Below the pieces are notes generated by a model that saw only the letters and a list, made by a program, of their open reading frames with translations, ran no database searches and was not told the DNA's origin. Position numbers and translations under genes: made by a program. A DNA stretch of 64,000 bases, taken from the human T2T-CHM13v2.0 reference genome, Homo sapiens. The stretch lies in NCBI RefSeq assembly GCF_009914755.1, contig NC_060925.1. The stretch is one strand, 5' to 3'. Below are positions 50,543 to 64,000 of the stretch, one piece after another (position 1 is the first letter of the stretch; each line of letters opens with the position of its first letter).

Positions 50543-51960
50543 TCAACAGCCCCATCTTGTCGCCCTTGAGCCCACTGTCACCCCGTGCTGGCTGAGGCCA
50601 ACATGACCTTCTGTCGCTAAGCCCACTGTGAGCTCAGGCAGCACATGACAGGCCCGGCCAATGGCTGCCCTTGGCTCCCAGGGCCTTGGCTGGCCAGTGT
50701 CCCTCCCTCTCTTGGCTTCTCCCCAAGAGTCTCTGCTCTTTCCCCTTTCTCCCTAGCTGTCCCCGCCACCTCCCCCAGCCCAAGCACTCGGATCCAGTCC
50801 CATGGCTCTCCACCAACCACACAGCTGGCACCACCCGATTTATGCCCAGCCTGGACCTTACTTGTGAGTGCCAGCCATGCAGGTCCGCCACCTACCTGAC
50901 ATCGCCATGTATGCTCAGATGAGCACCCCAATTCCACCCCTGCCGAGACAGCTTTCAGCGCCCCCACCCAGAAAAGCCTGCTCCCCGTTTCCATCTCTGT
51001 GGATGGCAACGCCAGGCCTCCGGTTCCTGAGGTCAAGCCCAAGGGGCACCCTGCATGCACCTTCCCTGTGTGTTCCACCCCCTCGCTGCCGCCCCTGCTC
51101 TGTACCACCACCATCCTGTGGGGGACTGTCACAGCCTCTGTAGTCTCCCTGAGCCCAACTTTGTCCCCTGAGGTCTGGTCTTAGCTAGTGGTCGGCCTCT
51201 CCCCTGCCCACGTCCCTGGAATGCCCCAAGCCTCGCACAGGGAAAGCTATGGGCTTACAAAACTCACGAGCCCCCCGGGGTCATTCTCCCAAACCGCCAA
51301 GGACGTGTTCTTCTCAGGGCCTTTCCCGGCTGCTTGCTCTGCCGGTCTGGAAAATGCTCTTCCCTAAGACGTGGTCTTTATCTCTGAGAGCCCCTCACTT
51401 CCCAAGATGCTCTGTGACGCAGCCACATCTGTCTCCCGCCCACCGAGCACACTCTCCATGGCGGCAGGATGCCCGGGGCGAGCCCCTCGTAGGGAACCAG
51501 GCTGGCACTCGGTGGTCCTTGCTACATGCTGAGCTGGGGTTGGGAGCCTGAGAGCTTCTGTCAACAACTCCCTCTAAAGGGTGGTGACCAGCCTGGGCCA
51601 CAGACCCACCACTGCTCCACCAGGGCACTGTCACACGGGCACTGCACCCTATGACATGGCTCAGCACTGTGACTCACTGGTGCCACCAGGGCTGGCCACT
51701 GAGAAATGGGTCTCAGTGGCACCCGGGGTAAAGTCTTAAACAAAGAACCCCAGGGACACACAAAGGCTGGAAAAGTCGGCTCCCTGCTGGGAGCAGATGC
51801 CTCGCCTCCCTCGGAGCAGTACCTCCTGCACTTCCCTGAAGCAACCTCACCCGGGCCAGCTCCAGGAGCTTCTCACACTGCCTGGCAGCCCCCTGGCCAC
51901 CGTCCCCAGACTTGGTGTGTGTGGCTGCCCTCAGTCCTGAGGTCCCGTGGGAGCTTCTAC

Positions 51961-52041
51961 CTGCAAGTGTGGTGAGGCCAAAGTAGGCCACATCTGAGAG
52001 CAGCTCAACCTCCTTCCTCCACTCCAGCCACTTCCTCGCAC
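51961..52041 (-). CDS. PEX10: PEX10 exon 2 (81 nt)
   Basis: ctcag|GTGCG acceptor, CAG|gtagaa donor; [26 protein letters not shown]. Confidence 0.96.
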
Positions 52042-52622
52042 CTGAGAGGAGAAACAGTATTAGTCCGGGGGAGCTGGTGGGCATCCTCTGAGGATGAGGG
52101 ACCACAGTCCTCCCCCAGTTGTCTAGGCCCAGATCCAGTCCCACCCCTTCCATGAAGCCAACACTCACTCCCTGGCCTCCCTCTCTGCTTCTGTCTCCGG
52201 AGGCACCACCTTGACTTGCCTTAGCGTGAGCTGCAGACAGTCTGCGAAGAATCTCCCACCTGTGCTCATCTCTTGCTCCGGGATTCCCCTGAGCAACTGT
52301 TCTAGGGCCTATGAGGGCCACATGGAAAGATGGTCTGGGGTATTAAGATTACAGGCCAGAGGCCAACTGTCTAGCATCAAAAAGCAGCTCTCCAACTTGC
52401 TGGCTGTGAGGTCTTTCTGGAATCTCAATTTGCTCATCTATCAGAAGAGTAATAAGTCCTACTTGGAGGGATGTTTGAAGATTCAATATTTGTAAAACAC
52501 TGGGAACAGTGTCTGGCACAGGGGTAAGTGCCAAGTGTACTGTAAAACAAGTAAGTACACACACAAAAAATTCTCATCATGTCACTCTCCTGTTCAGAAT
52601 CCACCAATGGCTGCCCACCTGA

Positions 52623-53406
<784 letters not shown>

Positions 53407-53528
53407 TGCTGCTTCATTGAGTACACTGGCTTCTGTACTCAGCTCCCGGCCTGGTGAGGCAGGCAGGGCCTGGCTGAGCCTACACTGGGGTCAGCAGGGC
53501 GAGGGGCCTGGGCTGCTGCTCAGGCCTA

Positions 53529-54443
<915 letters not shown>

Positions 54444-54944
54444 CTACGCTGCCAGGGGCCCCTGCTCTGCTCCCTGCACGTCCACGGGCCGCCCTCCCAC
54501 TGGGGACAGCGCTGCGGAGTGGAGACGCTGCAGGCCCATTTACGGCTGGGGAGACGGAGGCTTTCGCTTGGGTCTTCGGGAAGCCGAGCTCCCAGCGCCG
54601 GCCGCGGCGGTCCCGCCCTCGCGCCCTTTGAGCTGCGCGGGCTCTCAGCGCGGGTTGGCCAGTTCCGGGGAGCCGGTCGGTTTGGGGGCCAGAGGGGCAC
54701 GAGGCGAGACCCGGGACCTTCCAGGCCCCGAGCAGCCGCCTTCCCCAGTAATCCTGCGCGAAAAGCACACGGCCGGCTTGGTGTGGACGCCCCCCTGGTG
54801 CCCACGGGAGGCAGGGCCTGGCGGGTGGGGGGCAGCCGGGAAGCCGCCGCGTGGTTCCAGGACGGGCGGAAGGTGGCCTTCCACCCTCCACCCTCCACCC
54901 TGCCTGGCCTGAGCCCCGCAGGTGCTCTGGGGAACCACATCGCA

Positions 54945-55215
54945 GGCGCTCCGATCCCTCTGCTCCCAGGGGACGAGCGGAGGGAGGCCTGAAGCACTTG
55001 CCAAGGCCGCACACCTGGAGGGGACAGAACCTTCCCCAGCCGCTGGCCACAGCTGGACCTGCCCTGAGCTGGGGGTGGGAAGGGCTGGGGCGGGAACTGG
55101 AGGCCCACGCAGGTCGCCTGCGGTGTCTGCGGCCTGTGCCTCTGGGGCCGCCTGGCCAGGGAGGGCAGGAGATGCCTGGTACATACCTGAATGGCTGCAG
55201 GGCAGGTGAAGGAGA
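54945..55215 (+). repeat. 271-bp direct repeat, copy B (upstream of PEX10)
   Basis: Constant 1362-bp offset from copy A. Confidence 0.95.
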
Positions 55216-56487
55216 AGGCCCTGTTTTTTGGCCCCAAGGGCAGCACTTGGCCCTGGAGAGTCCTGCAGGATTGCAGGAGGAAGGCAGGGCACGACAAGGG
55301 GGCGTCTGCGCCCCGCTGACCTCAGTGGGGAGGGCCTCCAGTTCCTTGCCTCACCTCTGGTTCCATCTACAGGAGCTCAGCTGTGGGATCATCCCCAGAC
55401 TGGCACAGCCCAGTCACAAAGCCAGAGCCCCACACTGCAGGAATGGCCCCTCTTACAGGGAAGGGGCATGGCCTGGGTGGCCCCGCCCCGCAGGCCCTCT
55501 GGCTACCAAACCTCCCAGCGCCCCCGCGCCCCTTTGGAGTTCTGACCCCGCGGGTGCACCCGTGTCTCCTGGACACAGAGGCTGCCCTCTGATTGGGTTG
55601 AGCACCTTGGGCTGAACCCCTCATCCGTGGACCAGGCAACCCGGCATCGCCCACGTGGAGCCGCTGAGGTGATCATGTGTTCTGGTCAATGCTTAGATAA
55701 CAGTTTGAGATGCCGCTCTGGCCCCTGGGTTCATGGCTCCACGTCTGATTCTGAGGAGGAGGCTTCGGCTCCTTTGGATTCACACTGGGTTCTATGATGG
55801 GCCCCTGACGGGAGGGCCTGCTCTAGGAGGCATCCCCCACCGCTGTCCTGGCTCAGGACTGCTTTCCCCACTCTTCTCATCTGCACCCTGGGCGACAAAT
55901 CCCAGCCTCACAGTGGGAGGGGCCTGGGCAGGACCTGAAACAAAGTGTCCCAGTGTCTGCTGTTCCTGGGCAGGTGGGGCTTGGGGGTCCCCCACGGTTC
56001 AAGCCTTGGCTCTAGGCCTTGGCTGGGCCTTGTAATGGCACCCGCGACCCTCAGTTGCCTCACTCATTGGGGCTTCGAAGGCCTCTGGTGCCCCGAGGGT
56101 CCTTCCTGAGGGCGACTTGAATACGGCGGTCCTATCCTGGGATGGCCGGCAGGTGGCAGCGTCAGCCCGTCTGCTCTCCACCGGGCTCCCCGGTAGAGTT
56201 ATAGGGGATTAGGCGGTGAGTTTTGCCCCAAAGGGAATCGAATCTAGATCAGAACCACTGGCGAAGTGGAGCGACCATCTGCCCGAAACAGCGGAGGGAA
56301 GGAAGCGCCTGGAGGGGGTCTCAGGGAGGTGGGGCGGGAGTCAGGTCTCCATGTCCTTCCTGGCTGACCAGGCAACCTGGGAGCTCTGGTTGGTTCCAGG
56401 GTTCTGGGGTGGGGCATGGGGGTCCTGCCAGGGGAGGGGGCGTTTGCCGCTTAGCACCCTTGCCTCCCTGTGGCAGCCTCCTCTTGA

Positions 56488-56860
<373 letters not shown>

Positions 56861-59800
56861 CAAGGCTGTGGATTTTAGGGAGAGCAACCACAGGCATTGG
56901 GCAGAAGTGGCCAACAGGGCCCAGCCCCAGTCTTGGGTCTCTTGACAGCCATGTGCCTGGCCCCAGCAGGGGATCACCACAGCCTTTAAACCGAGCGTTA
57001 TTCTTGTTGGCAGCGCCTTACATCCTTCTGGAGGAGCCTGCTCTTGAATCAATAAGCCCCGATATGCCTCACCATCTCTTGCCACTCAGCCTATGTGCCG
57101 CCCGGCTTCAAAACCAGGCTGCTGGGGACGCTGCACAGCAGTGCTTCCTGGCTGGCCTCTGACCGCAGCCTGCTGTGCCCTCCGCCGGCCCTGCCATTTA
57201 CAGGGGGCTCTCACACCCATTCCATCTGAACTCCCCTGGGCTTCCGTCTTCTGGTCTGTGGAATGGGACTGGGTAATAATCAGCTGGTATTTATTAAGAG
57301 CCTGCTTTGCTCCTGCCCAGTGCACACATCGTCTGGGGTCTGGTCACAGTGCAGGTCTGGGTGGATGGGCCTGGGACGAGGTCCAGTTCTGCATTTCCAA
57401 CAAGCTCCCAGATGAAGCCTGCGCCGGAGCAGGGTTCTCAGCCTCGCCCATCACACTCACCCACTTCCGCCCAGCAGCAGCAGGTGTGTTGTCCGACATC
57501 CTTCCTCTGGAGGGCCTGCGCTCCTCCGCTAAACCCAGTTCCGGTGCTGTGGGGAGCTCAGAGGCCGGGGAGGAGAGGGAGCTCGGGGTGCAGCCCCACG
57601 GTTCGTATCCCCATTCCCCCACCAACACCCAGTGCGGTGGGCAGCCCCGCAGGTGATCTGACGCACCAGCAGGTGCTGCCCCCTGTGCCCCCTCTGGTGG
57701 GGTGTGAGCACCACCGGAACAGGGTACTGCTGTGCCTGGGTTGCTGCCTGGCACCCAGCGGTCGCTCAGGACCCCGAGGAGGGCAGGGTGGGCCCAGGAG
57801 CTGGACGCAGCAGGTCGGGGTCCCTGGGTGGGCAAAGTGGGCGCTGGTGCTGCTTGAGGGGAGTGGCTCCTGCCCAGCATGGCAGTTCTGGCTTCAGGGG
57901 TGTGGCAGTGTCCCCTCCCTTCTCTTTAGCTATACATGGGTTTGGGGATTGAGGAAGGGCCACCCACAAGCTGGCCCCGAGTACAGCGACAGGACTGTAG
58001 GGTGCGGCCCTCGGGAAGCCCCTCGCAGTGCCAGCCACAAACCAGGAGAACGGGTTCGTCTGCCTGGCTGGAGGCCCTGGGAGCCGCACTCCACCCGTCT
58101 GTGGCAGACCCAGGACCTGGAGGTACCTGCAGAGTGTGAGCTGGGGAGGGTGGGCAGCGGGCGGCACTGGGCCCAGGGAGGGGAAGTGAGCCCTGGGTGG
58201 GCACAGTCAGGCAGAGGCCCCAGAGCCAAGATGGGGAGGGCGGGGCCCGGCAGCCAGAGGCAGGAAGTGCTGGTGGATGAAGGCCTCCTGGAGCCTCCGT
58301 GGGAAACAGTGCCTGGGCCAGGGTTTAGCAGGTGAGGTTAGGACAGGGGTGCAGAGTGCAGAGGGTTGGTGTGGGCATGGGCTGGCCTGGGAAGTGATGT
58401 TGGGTGATTTTGGGGCTCGGGCAGGTGGTCCGGGGCTCTGCCTGTGTCCCTGTGTTGGCCGGGGACCAGCAGGAATGAATTCCTGGCAGAACTGTGGGTC
58501 TGACAGCAGAGCCAGCCTGGGGGGGCCCTGGGGCTCTGGGGCTCTGGGCTGCTCTTAGGACCTTGAGGGAGCTAGGACAGGAAAGAGAAATGGGGAGGGG
58601 TCTGTGGAGAGAGGGGCATGGGCCTGTGGCAGAGTTGAGAAACTGATGGCCAGAGAGGCCATGCCTGGTCCAAGGCAGGCACAAGGTGAATCCCAGGTCA
58701 GTTTGCCCATACCTGTGTCCCAGTCTCTACCTGTCGCTGGGATTGGGGAGGGGTGCTGGGCACCATGACCTCGCTGATAGGAAATGAGGGGTCCTGGTGT
58801 GCAGCTGTCATCTGGGGTGAACCGGCTGATAACTAGGGGCTGGAAACCAAGGGTCCCCCAAAAAGGAGATCTGGGAGGACTTCCTGGAGGAAGAGACTTT
58901 GCACTGGTAAGAGTGAGGGAGGGCTCTGTCCATGTGAGAGGCATGGCCTTTTCTGACAAGTGGAGGCTGGGATTGTTGGGTTGGGGGGCACTAAGGGTGG
59001 GCCCTGCCCAGCTTCCCAGCCTCCCAGCCTCCTCTGTGAGGCCGGAGGGAGGGGGCCTGGTGAGTCTGGAATCACACAGGGTGGGGTTCCCAGGAGAGTG
59101 AGCCCAGGACCTGTGGGTACTAGGCAAGGCCGGAGAGGACCCACGAGGGAGGCCCAAGCTGGAATGGCGTCCACTCTGGATGTGGGCATCTGGATGGGCT
59201 GTGGAGAGTCCGGCCCTGTCCTGCGAGCACTGCATAGCCTGGGCTGTGCTGAGTGTGGCCAGCCGGTGAGGGGCTGTGTGCTGGCTGGAGGGCACCTGGG
59301 AGCCACCTCCTGAGGCACTGCCACGCCACCTTCCCCACACAGCCTCCCCTAAGGCAGAGTCAGGGCTGGGAGCCAGGCAGCCCTGGGAGGAGGGGACGGG
59401 CAGGGGCTACAGCCTCTGCGCTGAGGTGTGACCTTGAGCAGCTCCTGGTCTTCCCTGGCCTCAGCTTCCTCACCTGTCAAGTGGGGGAATAGAGGCCCCT
59501 GCCTCCCGGGTTATGAGAGGACTCAGGATGGCACATGTGTGGGGTGCCCTCCGGGGCCTGCCTCGGACCCCCAGCTCAGGGCTTTGCAGGCATTTAGACT
59601 CTGGTGAGAAGAGGCTGAGCCCAGGGCATCCCTGTGTCCTGCCCCCAAACGCGAACACGCAGGCACTCAGGAACCTGCAGGAGCTGTGGAGTCAGCGCAG
59701 TGAAGACGTGTGACCGGTGCGAGGCAGACACCCATCACGGCAGGTGCCCCCGAGAATTCCGGGCAGAGCCCACGTTGCTCTGTCTTCAGCCCCATAGCTA

Positions 59801-62516
59801 GTTGGTTTCTGAATTTTGTTTTTTGGAAACTGCACTGAACTGATTCACACCGATGAGCAGCTGCCGACAGTGACAGCGTCCAGCATTCCTCTGGGCGCCT
59901 TCAGTTAGACCGAGAGAGACAGGAGTGGGGATGTTTTAGTTATCAAAGCTGGCTCCCGGGTCTGGATGCCAGGGTCAGGCATGGGGGCTCCTGCAGCGAG
60001 CTCTGGGGGTCTCAGTGGAGGGGGCAGGGCTCTGGTCGTTCTGCTCCACCACGTGCTAGAAGGAGGGGCCCCGGGGCCATGGCTGGCATTGGGCCCCACC
60101 CACTGCCTCCCTCGGACGGCTGAATGGTGTGGGTCATCCACTCCTGTTCTCCTCTGACCCGCCTCCTTCAGGAGTTCTGAACCTGGCATTTGATGCCCGA
60201 TGGACAATAAGGGCTCCCCACGAGGCTGCTCCTCAGGGCTCAGGATCTTCAGTCAGGCAAAGGCTCCCCAAGTTCCAGGGGTGCCGTCCTGGACTCCTGA
60301 GCCTGCCCGCCTGCCTCCGCAGGTCCTGTCTGTGCGAGTGGGAGTGAGCCGTGTGCTCCGCAGACACCTGACCTGTGCGCTTATGACGGCCTCTCCTTTG
60401 CACATGGCCTCGACTTGGCTGTCCCCCTCTCCCTGGCTGCTGATCTCCCAGTGCCCAGTTATGCCCAGGTCTCTGCCCACCTCAGCCCACACTGGGTGGG
60501 GAAATGCTGGCGCAAAACCTGGCTTATTGGGGTTGCAGCCAAGTAGCCCTTGATTCTTCCTACCACTCCCCTACCCGAGAGAGGACCTGCTCACCTCCCC
60601 ATCCTCGGGGTCTGTGCCCGACGCCTCTCTCTGCGGTTGGCACGGCTCATCCTCTGGCTGGGGCATGTGACACCTGGCCAAGGATGTGGCGTCTGAGGCT
60701 CCCCCATCTGTCTGCCCAGCTCCTTGCCCTTCCCTGCGTGGGGCCCGTCCCAGGAGAGCCTGCCCTGACCCTTCCCACCTGCGGTCATCTGTCCCCTCCC
60801 AGGCTGCCGGCCTGGTCTGCACGGTCGAGCTTCAATCCACAGTGGAGGCCTTGGGCTGTGCTGCTGTCTGTCTATCCATCCGTAAATCCATCTATCCCCT
60901 GCCAGCCCCTTCCCTCAGCACCCCTGGCTCAGCCGTGCCATTCCTGGTTGGCCCTGGAGGTCCTATTTGCTGGTCCTTGAGTTTCCCACTGATTGTGAAG
61001 AGACAATAATTGTCCAGAGGGGATCGAAGGGGCGCCTGTGCGGAGCTGGTCCACACTCTGAGGCCCGGGCCTCGGCCGTTGGTCGGGGGGGTTTTCCACT
61101 TGTTGTTGACAGAGGCGCCTCCCATGGCAGTGGGGTGCAGGGTCTCCCCTGGGGATGTGAGGCCGGTGAGGGCGGAAGGGGAGCAGGCAGGGGCCCGGGG
61201 CTCTCCAGATCTACCACCCCACCACCTCACTGGCTCTTCTTGCCCGGAGCTCAATGCAGGGATCCCCGTGCCTGACCCTGGCATCCACAGACCCGGGGGC
61301 CAGCTTTGAGGAGGCGCTGCTGGCTCTGGTGGAGGTGGTGACATGGGGCTCTGGAGACTTGGGGGCCGCTCATCCTTCTTCCTGTGGGCTCCACCATATT
61401 CATCCTTGGGGGATTAATCTGAAGCTGTCCGTAGAAGCTGGACTGGGACCCTCAAGCCAGCCCTGGGCTGGGGCCAGCCAGGCCCTTTCTGCCTCGGAAC
61501 TGCTGCACCTGCTGCCCGTAGTCGGCTCTTGCCAACTCAAAGTTCAAGCATAGCAGGCCAAGTCCCCCCCCACCCCCAGGCAACCCCTTTGTGCGCTCCC
61601 CCCACTACCCCCTCCTGTGCTGCCTCCCCAGTAGCCTGGGTACAGCTATGGGGGTGGGGGCAGGCACAGCAACAGTAACCTGCCTCCCCACTCCCCGCCA
61701 TCTCTGGTCATTGGTCAGGAGCTCATCAGTGCTGAGTTAAGGACTCAGACAGGCCCCCCGCCCCAGCCCCTACCTCACATCCCTCTCAGCTGACCCCAAC
61801 TCCTCCCCAAGACTTGGATCCCAAAGGAGCCAGTGTCTGGGGGGCATCCAGGCAGCACCTACCTCTTGTCCTTCCTCCCGCTGCTCGATTCCACTTTCAG
61901 CCCCCTGCCCTGTGATTTCAGGACAAAGCTTCCCAGGTGCAGGTCTGAAAGCTTCCACCTCCTTCGAGAGGTGGGTGTGGGGGCCTGTGGGGCCCAGTGA
62001 TGCTGGCAAGGGGAGAAGGTCCAGGCAGGGGCGGGGTTGTGGATCCACAGTGGGATGCGGGGCTGAACGGTTATGTCCCGGTAGGTAGGGGCTGCAGAAA
62101 GAGCCCCGAGGGCTGGGGAGTCCCGGAGCTGGACCACAGGAAGGGCCTCAAGTCCGCCTGCCAGGTCCAGCTTCTCAGGACCCCAGGGCTGGGGCACACT
62201 CTTTGCACCCCGCTTTACAGATGAGGAAACTGAGTCAGAGAGGGAGAGTTTAAGGGCAGGCTTCAAGCTGACCTCTGACCCAGAGACCCCCATTTTGAAA
62301 AATCTCTTCTTCAGGCCTCAGGCCTGGAGGGCTGTGGGAGTCGCTCCTCTCTCGATTGGAGGGTGGAGTGAGTGATCGATCGATTCATTGCCTTTACCCA
62401 CATCAGTATCTCTTCCCCCTTGGGACTCCTTCTGAGGAGCGTTGAGTGTGTATCTCGTTTTTTGTATTTTCCAGAATGCTGTGTTGTTCTGGTGCGAGTA
62501 TTTTAATCACTATTAG

Positions 62517-62854
<338 letters not shown>

Positions 62855-62929
62855 TAGCAGCTGTTGAGAAGCCCAAGGAGCTTTGGTTTTGGGGTGCTGT
62901 CTGTAGTGTGTGCTGGAGCAGGCTTGCAC

Positions 62930-64000
<1,071 letters not shown>

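Noticed and set aside
57307-58335. 342-aa plus-strand ORF as a stand-alone gene
   Set aside because: Non-ATG start, G/P-rich composition, no recognisable domain; only its 3' end is kept as a weak exon candidate

Overview
Human genomic DNA, GC-rich and Alu-dense. From the translated exons it is the distal 1p36 MORN1-RER1-PEX10 locus. (1) MORN1, minus strand: coding exons 1-8 (ATG at 32802, exon 8 ending at 13750; 745 coding nt with the MORN repeats). The gene continues beyond the left edge, and 1-13749 is a TE-packed intron. (2) RER1, plus strand, complete: non-coding exon 1 plus 6 coding exons, 196 aa. It shares a bidirectional CpG-island promoter with MORN1. (3) PEX10, minus strand, complete: 6 exons, 326 aa, or 346 aa with an alternative acceptor. 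Its 3' UTR appears to overlap RER1's in antisense. The last ~8.5 kb has no recognisable coding exon. All exon boundaries were read by hand (GT-AG, consistent phases). I see no new multi-gene system. The most notable unexplained structure is a gap-free 271-bp, ~91%-identical direct repeat that brackets PEX10 exon 1 and its promoter. It is a potential deletion substrate, and a single-base difference gives only the upstream copy a GT splice donor. Also notable: a ~506-bp almost purine-free tract in RER1 intron 5, a twin-primed L1PA with a breakpoint duplication, and a long stop-free intronic frame in phase with MORN1 exon 8. Repeat subfamily names are recalled from consensus sequences, repeat edges are approximate, and no database searches were run.
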